Assembly: GCF_964355755.1 (NCBI RefSeq)
Contig: NC_092680.1
Span: 14,579,045 to 14,643,044, forward strand
Source of the DNA: Antedon mediterranea
Taxonomy: Eukaryota > Animalia > Echinodermata
Length of the DNA stretch: 64,000 bases
Reading direction: 5' to 3'
Shown here: positions 23,842 to 34,646 of the stretch, piece after piece
How positions within the stretch are numbered: the stretch's first letter is position 1
Layout of the letters: each line of letters opens with the position of its first letter
Notes under the pieces: model-generated
Databases searched by the model: none
What the model was told of the DNA's origin: nothing
What the model saw: the letters and a program-made list of their open reading frames with translations, nothing else
Program-made: the position numbers and the translations under genes

Positions 23842-24698
23842 TGTAAGGTCCTATATGTATATTTATATAGAGGGCGCATTTCATTTCAACATTGTTTTTC
23901 GTTCATGTGCAAGTTTTTTAGATGATCCCTGTTTTTGGGAATAAGACATGTGCGCGCCTAAGGTTATTGTAGGAGGAGACATAAAATGGTCGCAAGGATG
24001 AGACCATCTGTCATAGGCGTCTGATAATATCCTATTATAAAATTGTTACGCGGAGAAAGACCATAGGTTTTGGTGAGCATCCGGTTTATTATTAACTTTA
24101 GATTGATATTATTGAGTTATTGTTTGATTTATAGTAGTTGGAAAGGCCCTAAGCCTTCTCCTACTCGTTGCCTATGATGATATGAACGGCTAGGTTAGGC
24201 CAGATAGCCTACATCATTGTTGCCACGAGGCTGGTCAAGACGTTCATTAATTTCAATGTGTTAATGTTGATATAACAATTGTAGGCCATATCTGTCCTGT
24301 ATAGTAAGGAAGGCATTTATATTATGTAATCAGCATCTCAAGTGTAATTTACAGAGAATTATTTAAGTGTTTATATATACAGTATTGTGATTTATTACAC
24401 ATATACGTTGTTCTGTGTAAGCCGATAGAGGGCTGTACATTGAGAGTTTTGACGTTACTAAGACGACAGGGATCGTCTTTAAATTGTTGTTATTTGCATG
24501 ATTCGTTATAACATGGTACTGCTGTATGTTAACATAGGCATTTATATTTGTCTGTTTCTTACTAGAAACGCCACAAGCTACATGCATCACAGGTTTGACA
24601 GCTTAAAGGAGGAAATAAAAATAAGGAATAAGCAGTATATTGTGTGTAGTCTTGTTGTTGTCTACCTGAATCTAACTCCGCGACCAGAGGTCGTTACA
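23842..24698 (+). repeat. 3' LTR of element B
   Basis: Copy of 17960-18816 at offset 5882. The ORF track gives the same 75-aa translation in both copies. Confidence 0.95.
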
Positions 24699-24705
24699 GG
24701 GGGAG

Positions 24706-24967
24706 TGTGCTGTTCGCGATTGATAATTTGTTATGCGTACCGCCCTCTATAGTTTGTCTCCACTGTTCGATAAGTGTTAATGGCGGCTCGGCAGTCACAT
24801 ATATTGTTTTCATCTCAAAACGATGTTTTATGCAAGATATTGAAAGAGGTGTCGATTCACACCCTTTTTTACCACACACACACACACACACACACACAAA
24901 CTCAAACGAATAAAGACTTGGTTATACTGATCGGTGTGATAAATGTTTATTTATTAGTTCCGTGACA
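24706..24967 (+). repeat. 3' LTR of element A (262 bp)
   Basis: Copy of 11795-12048, followed by TSD ACAGG. Confidence 0.95.
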
Positions 24968-25469
24968 ACAGGGTTAAAAGGTCAAACTGGGCGACGCCAT
25001 TTCACAGCAGCATGGAGCAGCGCCCCCTCCAAACTAGGAAGTCAATTACTCTAACCCCCCCTAGAGTATTAGCAGATCCCCTCTATGATTTTTGACTTTC
25101 TAATTTGAAGCGGGCGCCCTACTCCATGGCTCACAATGGCGCCACCCATTAGCTCTATTCTATCCCACAATGCCTTTCGAAATTGTTACGCGCTTCGGAC
25201 GAACAGGAGATTCTTGTGTTTTAAGTTCTTTGGAAAGATAGTGTAGTAGGAAGATGTTACACTTCCTATTGAGGTACATTCAGAGCGTCATTCTGACGAC
25301 TGGAGCATTCTCTACTTCTCTACGGAGCGCCATTTATGCCTTTATTAACTTCAATAATAGAAATAGTACTACGGTAACTGCTCAAGAGGACTCAATTTAG
25401 CACCAGGGTAGTACAGTGATATAAAATAGAAATAAAACTCACTTCTTTTAATATCATTTCGTATATACC

Positions 25470-26270
25470 CATATCACAAACTGACAAACAGAAACATCTT
25501 GGCATTCCCATTGATTCAAATTTATCTTTTTCTTTTCATGTAAATAAACTCCGTTCCAAATGGGCTTGTCCATCTCCATCTTATCGCGTGCTCGGTCATT
25601 TCACACATCCATACTCCTCTATAACACTATAATCCTCCCACACATAGACTATTGATGTAATGTTTAGGGAATCAGATCGAATATTTACCGAATACAGACC
25701 ATTCAAAATAGAGCACTTCGCATTATCCTTAAAGCTCATCCTCTCACACCACGAACTAACATTTACAACACCTTAAATCTTCATACAGTCCCAGATCGCA
25801 TGCATCTACAACAGGGCTGCCTTGCCTAGCTACAGGTCTGCAAATGGTCTTGCTCCGGAATACCTTGCGCTGCGTCTTGCCAGAATTCCAAATCATCGAT
25901 GTACCCGAAGTGTCAGTGAGAGGAAATTTGTCGTCCCTTTCCCTAAAACTAAAACTTTTAAGAACAGCTTCATCTATAGAGCACCAAACATACCTGAATT
26001 TGCTACCCACCAAACTAAGAAATGCGGTAACAATAAATAATTTTAAGTCTGCTCTAAAAAAATATTTAATCCCAAAAGAAAAAACTCAACGTTTTGTATA
26101 GTATATTGTAGGCTATATTTTTTTATTTAAGTACATATATATTATATATTTTTATATTTTTTGAACATAGTTCATCCGTTTTTTCATATATATATTTTTT
26201 TTTTGACTGTCTGCATATGCTGTTTAGGGTCACCCTCACAAAATAAGGTTTAATAAAAAATAAAATAGAA
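25470..26270 (+). mobile_element. L2/Crack-type LINE 3' fragment inserted in the left arm of the Foldback-like element
   Basis: KHLGIPIDSNLSF, YNTIILPHIDY, IQNRALRIIL, NGLAPEYL, KNSFIYRAP, NNFKSALKKYL. A-rich tail. Confidence 0.75.
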
Positions 26271-27793
26271 ATAAAGTACTACATTGTAATATCTTTTCGT
26301 ATGTTAATACAATGTGCTCAAGTGGACACAATTTGGTACCAGGGGAGCAGTGATATAAAATAGAAATAAAGTCACTCAAGTTTCAATCTTTTCGTATGTT
26401 AATACACTGTGCTCAAGTGGACCCAATTTGGCGCTAGTGGATTTTTTTTTTAAATGGAATATTGTTTTTCTTTTATTTTGAAAGAGAGATATTTTGAGGA
26501 TTGTAAATGTCAAGTGAAACTTTTTTTAAATCAGAAACAAAGTTGCATAGCATTATTTTCCATTAAATAGACTGCCATAAAACCTCGAAAAGAAGCCCAT
26601 GTGCTCCTTCATTTTTAGTACTCTTGGGTGGGCTTCTTTTCCCACATGGAGTTCTTTTCGAGATTACTTTTGCAAACTAAACGAAGGGAACTGCTAGCTT
26701 CCCGCCCGGAAAATATTTTATTGACATGATTTGAAAAATCTTCTAATGTAAATAATTAACAGCATCAAAATTTAACAGTGTGGCGTGTTGAGCGCGAATG
26801 ACTAACATACCATCTTTACCATAATACACCTGTACAGACTCATTTGCATAACAACGCACGTACATACCAAACTGTTTAAAATAGAGCTACAAGGTACCCG
26901 AAAATGACATCTATTATGTTTTCAAACAACATGCATAAGAATCTTCAGTGAGCCAACATGCTTAGGGCTGAGCAAAGACAATTTTGAAAAAAGAGCTGTA
27001 TACAGTAGGTTCCCGCCCGAAAAAATGGCGTTACATGATTTGAATGAATCAAACTATATAAGACTCACCTGCACAAAATATGAGCTTGTCCCCGGAATGT
27101 GCACCTCTATTCATTGAAATATAAAATTAAATATTAAGTCTCCAGTACTAGCCCATCCATGGTTGAGGCAGAGCAATGAAAATAGAGCCCAGAAATGCAC
27201 TTACTTATACTTATTACTATACATAGTCACCTATGATAATTATGATAATGTTAAAATTTCAACTATCCTGATGCGACTTCAACATTTTAGGTGGGGTTTT
27301 CTACTTTAAAAACTCGACTTCGTATATGCCTATGGCCTAGCCCGGCGGCGGAATTAGTCTAAGCTTCGAAATTGGTCTGGAAATCGCCATCTTTGCAAAT
27401 GTTCTATATTTGATCTTATTTCACCCTCCATAAACCTCATACAAAAACCATCGGAGACTATCTGTTTAAAACATGTTTATTCTGGGACGGTGCGGCCATA
27501 CACACCAACTACTATGAAGAATCGGACATTGCTACCAATGTTGCAACATTGAATAACAAAATCAAAATTTAACAGTGGGGCGCGTTGACCGCGAATGACT
27601 AACAATACCATCTTTCCCACTACACCTGCACAAACTCCTTTGTATAAAAACGAACGGCATACCAAACTATGATGAGAGATACATTCTCTTCTCAACACGT
27701 AACGCGTAACGAAGATAATTAATTCCTTTTTTACATTAAAATTGAGGCCGCTAAACATAAAATTTACGAGATCAAATACATGTACCGAAAGCC

Positions 27794-28035
27794 AAAAAAA
27801 GAGAGTAAAAATTGTGCTCTCCTTGCCTCAGCACTAAGGCCCTGCAGCAGCCTTGGGTTCGTTTCCTCAACATCATTACCAGATGCATTGCTAGTGCCTT
27901 CTCAAGATTTGTGGTGGAAAGGGGGACGTACATTTCTATGAACCCCAAACACAGTGGTCGCATACCTTTAACTCTATTCCACCGACCAGCGTGGGAATCG
28001 AACCCACGACGATTAGGCGACTGAGCTAACTGATC
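27794..28035 (-). ncRNA. tRNA-derived Pol III-type unit, copy 1 (tRNA head lacks the anticodon arm)
   Basis: GATCAGTTAGCTCAGTCG...GTCGTGGGTTCGATTCCCACGCTGGTCG (A and B boxes), then a ~185-nt body and a T-run. Confidence 0.5.
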
Positions 28036-29582
28036 ATTTTGGTTTATCAAGGTTAATAGGATATTTATGATGTAATGATGAATTACGTAATACACGTATA
28101 AATAGACAATTATCAGCTGTTCAGTCATGTTTCAGTTTGTGGTGCAACGGGTAATGCTCAGTTTTTGAGTGGTATCAGCTGGGGTTCCAACCTCTACGGA
28201 TATTTTTTTTTTTATGAATATTGTTTTTTTTTTTGAAAGAGAGATATTTGGAGGGTTGAAAATGTCAGGCATAGGCAAGTGGATTTTAAATCATAAAGAA
28301 AAGTGTATGGCATTCATTTTTCTATTAAATAGACACCATAACACCCCGAATGTTCCTCATTTTTTAGTACTCTTGGGTACGGTGGCTTCTTTTCAACATA
28401 AGCTTCTTTTCCACATTGGGTTCTTTTCAAGATTACTTTTGTAAACTAAAGTAGGGGAGTTTCTAGATTTCCGCCCGGAAAATTGTATCTTTACATGATT
28501 TGAATTTCTAATAAATATTAACAAAATCAAAATTTAACTTTTAAATTTAATTTTGTGGCGTGTTCACCGCGTAGGACTAACAATACCATCTTCCCCATTA
28601 CACCTGCACAAACTCATTTGCATAACAATGCAGGGCTTACCAAACTGTTTAAAATAGCTACAAGGTTCCCAGAAATGACACCTATAGTATTTTGAAACAT
28701 GATATATAAGAGTCTTCACTACCCCACCATTATTGGGGCTGAGCAAAAACAATTTTGAAAAAAAGATTTATTGAAATATGAAATTAAATATTAAGTCTCC
28801 AGTTAAGCTCCCCATAGTTGGGGCAGAGCTAAGAATGAAAGCTGAGTCCCCAGGAAATTATGAAACGAAATACAAAAATCTTCAGGACCAGTCATACAAT
28901 GGTGATTGTTTCCCAAGTGTGAGACATGCAATGCACGCGGCGGCCGTGAATAAAATTATGAAATAAAAACAGAGCTAGCACACAAAAGCCTACTTACTAA
29001 TTTTAATATTTCTATAATTTAGAGAACAATTAGATTTATCATATCACCTTTGATAATTATAATGTTAAATTTCAACTATCCAGATGCGAATTTTAGGTTG
29101 GGTTTTAAAAAAACTCGACTTCGTAATATGCTTCAATTTCGAAGATCTGCTTAAAACACATTTATTTATTTATTCTGCCATAAACTTTTATTCACAAAAT
29201 ATTAGTAGGCCTACAATACAATATCTTGCATGAAACGGATATTTAAAAGTACACTATAATGAGTACGCTTTAGCCATAATGTCTTTCAGTTCATATTTCG
29301 TAACGGTAGAATTACAATTCTAATGTAAAAGATTAACAAAATAAAAAATTGAACAGTGTTGTACGTGTGTTGATCGCGAATGACTAACAATACCATCTTT
29401 CCCACAGCACATGTGCACACTCATTTGCATAACAAACGCACGGCATACCAAACTACGATGAGATAAAATTAATTCTCTTCTAAACACGTAACGAAGAGAA
29501 TTAATTACCTTTTTTTCTACATTAAAATAAATTGAGGGCGCTAAACATAAAATTTAAACCACCAAAGCAGTTTGCGAGAGGC

Positions 29583-29846
29583 AAAAAAAAAAAGATGGTA
29601 AATGTGCTCTCCCTGCCTTAGCACTATAAGGCCCTGCCACAGCTTGTTGGGGTCGTTTCCACCACATTACCAGACGCATTGATGTTGTCGCCTTATGATG
29701 TGTGGTGGAAAGGGGGACGTATGATCTGTGAACCCCAAACACAGTGACTCGCATAGCCTTAACTCTATTCCACCGACCAGCATGGAAATCGAACCCACGA
29801 CATACGTGTTGTTAACACGACGCTCAGACGACTGAGCTAACTGATC
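29583..29846 (-). ncRNA. tRNA(Ile)-like head (73 nt, anticodon loop TT-AAC-AA) fused to a ~190-nt body ending in T11; SINE or Pol III RNA, copy 2
   Basis: 29846-29774 folds as a cloverleaf: acceptor GATCAGT/GCTGGTC, D stem GCTC/GAGC, anticodon stem CGTG/CACG, T loop GGTTCGATT. It resembles eukaryotic tRNA-Ile(AAT), but the D loop lacks GG. Confidence 0.55.
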
Positions 29847-29936
29847 ATTTTGGTTTAGGTTAATAGGGTATTTATGACGTAATGATAAATTACGTAATAC
29901 ACGTATAAATAGACTATTATCAGCTTTTCAGTCATG

Positions 29937-30007
29937 TACTTGGTGGCGTAATGGGTAATGCTCTGTTTTTGAGTGCTATCGGCTGAGGTTCGAACCTCGA
30001 CGGATAT
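29937..30007 (+). pseudogene. Degenerate tRNA-like sequence, divergent from the tRNA(Ile)-like unit (further copy ~28133-28203)
   Basis: A box TGGCGTAATGG 29944-29954 and B box GGTTCGAACC 29987-29996. Internal T5 and poor stems. Confidence 0.45.
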
Positions 30008-30099
30008 TTTTTTTTTTTAATATTGGTTTTTTTTAAATAGAGATATGTGACACTGTATTGTCGAACATATATGGTACCATACCGGTAGGTATTCAAATA

Positions 30100-30925
30100 T
30101 GCTTAATACGAAAAGATATTAAAATTCAGTGACTTATTTCTATTTTATATCACTGTGCTTCACTGGCTCCAAGTTGGGTCCACTTGAGCACAGTGTATTA
30201 ACATACGAAAAGATATTTAAATTCCGTGAATTATGTCTATTTTATATCACTGTGCTCGCCTGTTGCCAAATTGAGTACATTGTATTAAAATACGAAAAGA
30301 TATTACAATTCAGTGACTTATTTCTATTTTATATCACTGTGCTCCACTGACGCCAAATTGGGTCCACTTGAGCACAGTGTATTAAAATACGAAAAGACAT
30401 TAACATGCAGTGACTTAATTATTTCTATTTTATATCACTGTGCTTCCCTGGCTCCAAATAGGGCTCTATTGAGCAAAGTGTATTAAAATACGAAAAGATA
30501 TTAAAATTCAGTGACTTATTTCTATTTAATATCACTGTTCTTCCCTGGCTCCAAATTGGGTCCACTTGAGCACAGTGTGTATTAACATACGAAAAGATAT
30601 TAAAATTCAGTGACTTATTTCTATTTTATATCACTATGCTCCCCTGGCTCCAAATTGGGTCCACATGAGCACAATGTAATAACATATGAAACGATATTAA
30701 AATTAGTGACCTATTTCTATGTTATATCACTGTGCTCCACTGGCTCCAAATTGTGTCCACTTGAGCACAGTGTATTAGAATACGAAAAGATATTAACATT
30801 CAATGACTTGTTTCTATTTATATCACTGTGCTCCACTGGCTCCAAATTGGGTCCACTTGAGCACAGTGTAATAACGAAAAGATATTAAAATTAGTGACTT
30901 ATTTCTATTTTATATCACTATACTA
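30100..30925. repeat. Tandem array (~9 copies, ~95-bp unit) forming the right arm of the Foldback-like element
   Basis: Unit AGTGACTTATTTCTATTTTATATCACTGTGCTCC...CAAATTGGGTCCACTTGAGCACAGTGTATTAA.ATACGAAAAGATATTAAAATTC. Inverted copies at ~25375-25465 and ~26262-26440. Confidence 0.85.
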
Positions 30926-31110
30926 TTTCTATTTCGGAAGTAAATAAAGGCATAAATGGCGCTCCGTAGAAGTAGAGAATGCTCGATTTGTCGAAATGAC
31001 GCTCTGAATATACCACTCCTATTCGTTCAATGCAAATAAAAGCGAGACAACATGGAGCTAAATTTAAAGGGCGCCTCGATCGCACGTCGAGTAGGGATAC
31101 GGAAAGTTAT

Positions 31111-31913
31111 TAGTCGCGTGGAAGCGACTCTATAGTTCACTATGTCGGTCGGTCGGTCGGTCGGTCTGTCTGTCTGTCTGTCTGTCTGTCGGTCGGTCGG
31201 TCGGTCTGTCTGTCTGTCTGTCTGTCGGTCTGGTATCTCTATGCGTTTTATCGCTTTATGACCTTATCTTGATATCAGTTTAATCTAGCTAAGTCAATTT
31301 TTCACAGAATATTCCTTATGGCCAGGAATCGATGTGGTTATGTTTTCACGGTGCGCAATAACAAATTACGTGGTCTACGCACGATTTAACGAAATCACGT
31401 TTGTAATCATATCTTCACAACCATGAATCACAATTAAATAAAATTTGGTACTCATAAATTGCAGGGCATAAATCATCATATGGCAATACAATTACGTGCG
31501 TAGCGCATGTAAGGCATGCGTACGCGCGCTTAAAATTTTCAAAATTTATTTTCGATGAAATAAGAGTACGTTTCAGGCAATTTTAAGCGTTTACAAAATT
31601 GCCATGAGTGCGCAGATTTTTTGCGCGTTAAATGTTTTTGCGCACTCTTTTTGCCCGATTTCTGTTTTCTTGACTTACTTTTCAACTCGAAATTACGTTA
31701 TACGAGCACGTCAAAAGTGACAGGCTACGCACGTGTAAATTAAAAAAATATAAATGTTTTTAAACATTTCAACATTTTTAAACATGTTCAGTAATTTCGG
31801 TCAGTATAGTTCACTATGTCGGTCGGTCGGTCTGTCTGTCTGTCTGTCGGTCTGTCTGTCGGTCCGGTATCACTATGCATTGTAGCACGCGACTTAATGG
31901 CTGTTGGCCTTGT
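31111..31913 (+). mobile_element. Helentron-associated non-autonomous element (HINE/DINE-1-like), copy 1
   Basis: Sub-TIR AGTCGCGTG ... CACGCGACT, (GTCG/GTCT)n microsatellites and a GGCCTTGT end. Comparison with the uninterrupted P-like copy shows insertion between T and T with no TSD. Confidence 0.8.
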
Positions 31914-32726
31914 TGTATAGGAAATAAGCTATTATAACAGTAGAATAATATGATTGTAAAATTAAGATTGAATACGAATTAACATATAAAATGTAATGTT
32001 ATCTTTATAGAAAGTGCAAATGAATCATATTTATATGCTTTGGAATAAAAATTTGTGTTTCAATTACCTGGAATTGTTTAGGTACTTGGAATTGTTTAGG
32101 TACCTGGAATATCTACCTGTATTTAATTTCTTTTATTTTAATGTTTTTATTTGCAAATAAATTTTAAAATTATTTACATTTAAATGTTTATCATTGGACA
32201 GAGATAGAGAATTTAATACCTAGCTTTAGAAACACTTCTTCATCAGAGTGAATAAATATATTAGGAGCCTAGTGGTAAATAGGCCTACAATGTGTATGCC
32301 TATATAATAATCGATTACTTATGATTTTTTTCTAAATGGGTAATACTAGAGAATAGGTAGTATGGCTTGTAATCAATCAATCAATCAATCAATGTTTATT
32401 GTAATCAATAATATTATACAAACAGTCGATCTGTATACAATGAATACGGTACCAGTAGGCCTAATAGGAATTTGAGTACGAGTATGTTTTACTGAAAAAT
32501 ACCAATTATTGTTAATTATCTATTAATTTTAATAATTTAATAATAACTAATTATTATATTATGCTTGTAACACTCTGAACTTTCGTGAATTCACCGTAAT
32601 TGTATATGACATGATTATGTAATTGTGAATGTGATAATAATAACAATAATATAACATTATCGATAATATTAATTATGCCGTGAGTTCATTATTGTTAAGG
32701 AAAAAATATCAGTGGGGAGGCCTACT

Positions 32727-32897
32727 TCAGATTCAGATTCAGATAATATTTATTTAGATAATAATGAATGAATATATACAAAATAGAAAAAAGATATTAA
32801 AGTGAACATAGATAAAGCAGTAATTGGTAGTCATTATTATCATGGATCCCTTCTAGAAGTTAAAAACTTGTCCCGTAGGGACCCACAACAAAACACA
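32727..32897 (-). mobile_element. Short LINE 3'-end fragment with (TCTGAA)n tail
   Basis: Absent from the homologous site in the 2552-5127 copy. Starts with TCAGATTCAGATTCAGA and contains a GGGTCC...GGATCC stem-loop-type 3' end on the minus strand. Confidence 0.55.
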
Positions 32898-33566
32898 CTT
32901 TACCCCCTTTTATTATACTACCCTTACAAAAAATGTTATAGAACTCTACTATAGAAGTTTAGAATTCTATGTTAATCTATAGAAACAGATACTTTCTATA
33001 GGATTGAATTTACAGATTTTAACCCTAGAGTTTTATAGAAATTGCTTTATAGAAAATATTGAAATTGCAGAAGAATTGCTATCATTTATTCATAAATCAT
33101 ATATTGTTTGCCAACAACAATACTGTATACTGTAAAATTTGCATTATGACTTGACTGGGGTTTACCAAGATTGGTAAGAGTTTTCCAAATCAAATAGAAT
33201 ATCATTAAAAAAACATCACTTAACGACAAAAGAACAATAATAAAACTATTATATAATTCATCTGGTTCCGAATATAATTAACTGGAAAACTATTACTTTA
33301 TGTTAACCAAAAAAATACAAACACAAACTAAAGGTATTTATACCAATTTTGTATGTATTTTTTTGGTTCAACATGAAAGTAATAACTTTCCAGTTAATAA
33401 TTAAAACTGTTATGTCAAAAAAGTCGAGCGGCGTTTTTTGTAAGAAATATTTCTTGTTTAAACCTAAACCTAAACTTATGTAAAATTATGATGTTTAATA
33501 ACATAAATTATCATCAATTTTAAAAATGTAGTGATTACCGACAAAACTGTAAGTAGGTAGTCGATT

Positions 33567-33813
33567 AACTAAGATATCTCTATTTAAAATTAAGATATCT
33601 CTGTTTAAAACAAAGATATCTCTGTTTAAAACTAAGATATCTCTATTTAAAAACTAAGATATCTCTATTTAAAATTAAGATATCTCTATTTAAAATTAAG
33701 ATATCTCTATTTAAAACAAAGATATCTCTGTTTAAAACTAAGATATCTCTATTTAAAAACTAAGATATCTATATTTAAAACTAGGATATCTCTATTTAAA
33801 ACTAATTGATATC
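33567..33813. repeat. 22-bp minisatellite (~11 copies)
   Basis: Unit AAAACTAAGATATCTCTATTTA. Confidence 0.9.
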
Positions 33814-33874
33814 TTGTAAATGATTTAATGACAGTTTGGCCCGACATTATGTACGCGCACAAAAACATTGAATC

Positions 33875-34290
33875 CAACATCGACTTGTTGGAACTATAAC
33901 GTACATAACAGTAAGTCAACGAGTTAAAAACCAAACAATCGAGTAGCAATAGTATTAAAAAAACATCAAACATCGACTTGGAACTATACGTACATAGCAG
34001 TAGGCCAACGAGTTAACAACCAAACTACAAGTAGCAATGGTATATATAGCCTCGACGTTGCAGTGTATCGTGTGCGCGCGCAAAAAAAACATCGAACATC
34101 GACTGGAACTACTGTATACGAAGGCCTACATAACAGTAAGCCAACGAGTTAACAACCAAACACTACAAGCAACAATGATAATATGGCATTGACCTTGTAG
34201 TATCGTGCACGCGCGCAGCAAATAACAAATATCGTCTTTAAAACAACGAGTTAACATACAAATATAGCGCGCGCGAGCAGCAAATGGTAA
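33875..34290. repeat. Degenerate ~95-125-bp tandem repeat (3-4 copies)
   Basis: Recurrent CATCGACT...GGAACTA...CAACGAGTTAACAACCAAAC...AGCAA. Confidence 0.6.
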
Positions 34291-34646
34291 TATAGTCCAA
34301 CGCGTTTACGACGACCTTGTGAAACAACTCAATACAATGTATATAAATACATTAACATTAACTCGATCTTTGGGCCTAGCAATAAATTTGATTTTAATTG
34401 TGTGTGTGTGTGTGTGTGCGCGAAAAAGTTTCTCTTTTTTAAACATTTGCGGGCTCAACAGCACTCTCAAGTGAACGCCTACACAATACAAACGGAGAGG
34501 GTGAGTTACAAATAATAATAGGAAAAGAAAATTATTAAATGAAAGTACTGTTGTGGTATAGACCTATAGGGTAAAATAAATCAAATCTAGTAAAGAATAC
34601 AACGACACGGCATTCTGAACACGAAGCATTAACATAACAATAGACC

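Larger units (their letters stand above)
17960..24698 (+). mobile_element. BEL/Pao LTR retrotransposon B (inner), nested in the PPT of element A; lacks the integrase core
   Basis: 857-bp LTRs 17960-18816 and 23842-24698 (TG...CA), with no differences seen by eye. TSD GGGGG (17955-17959, 24699-24703). PPT AGGAGGGCCGG at 23831-23841. Single long ORF. Confidence 0.95.
11795..24967 (+). mobile_element. BEL/Pao LTR retrotransposon A (outer), full length, coding region disabled
   Basis: LTRs 11795-12048 and 24706-24967 (TG...CA), identical except (CA)9 vs (CA)13. 5-bp TSD ACAGG. PPT AGGGGGAG precedes the 3' LTR. BEL-type gag-PR-RT-RH-IN. Confidence 0.95.
11725..25232. mobile_element. ~330-bp P-like MITE split by the BEL/Pao insertion
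   Basis: 32-bp TIR CAAAGAACTTATAACACAAGAATCTCCTGTTC (11725-11756) matches its inverse at 25201-25232 (31/32). The TSD cannot be recovered because another element abuts at 25233. Confidence 0.75.
26440..30045. repeat. ~1.75-1.8-kb tandem macro-repeat (2 diverged units plus the start of a third)
   Basis: GGA(T)ATTTTTTTTT...AATATTG...AGAGATAT recurs at ~26440, ~28198 and ~30002, and the internal blocks are colinear between units. Confidence 0.8.
25271..31016. mobile_element. Foldback/Mutator-like element with modular inverted arms
   Basis: ~85-bp TIR G(A/T)GGTAYATTCAGAGCGTCATT...CGGAGCGCCATTTATGCCTTTATT. TCCTATT is duplicated at 25264-25270 and 31017-31023. The subterminal tandem unit occurs in opposite orientations at the two ends. 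Confidence 0.75.
25233..33184 (-). mobile_element. Second, inverted and truncated copy of the 2552-5127 P-like element, interrupted by three insertions
   Basis: TIR AAAGATAGTGTAGTAGGAAGATGTTACACTTCCTATT at 25234-25270. Resumes at 31017-31110 and 31914-33184 as the reverse complement of ~5095-3915. Confidence 0.8.

Noticed and set aside
27794-27982. Resemblance of the tRNA-linked body to U17/snR30 or another H/ACA snoRNA
   Set aside because: Only short similarities (GTGGA...CCCTTTCCAC, terminal ACA). The U17 m1/m2 motifs are missing and no H box is conserved in both copies.
29774-29846. Functional tRNA-Val(AAC)/Ile gene
   Set aside because: The D-loop GG is absent, several pairs are weak, no terminator follows directly, and the sister copy has lost the anticodon arm.
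30129-30888. ORFs of 73 and 92 aa in the Foldback arm
   Set aside because: Translations of the tandem repeat unit.
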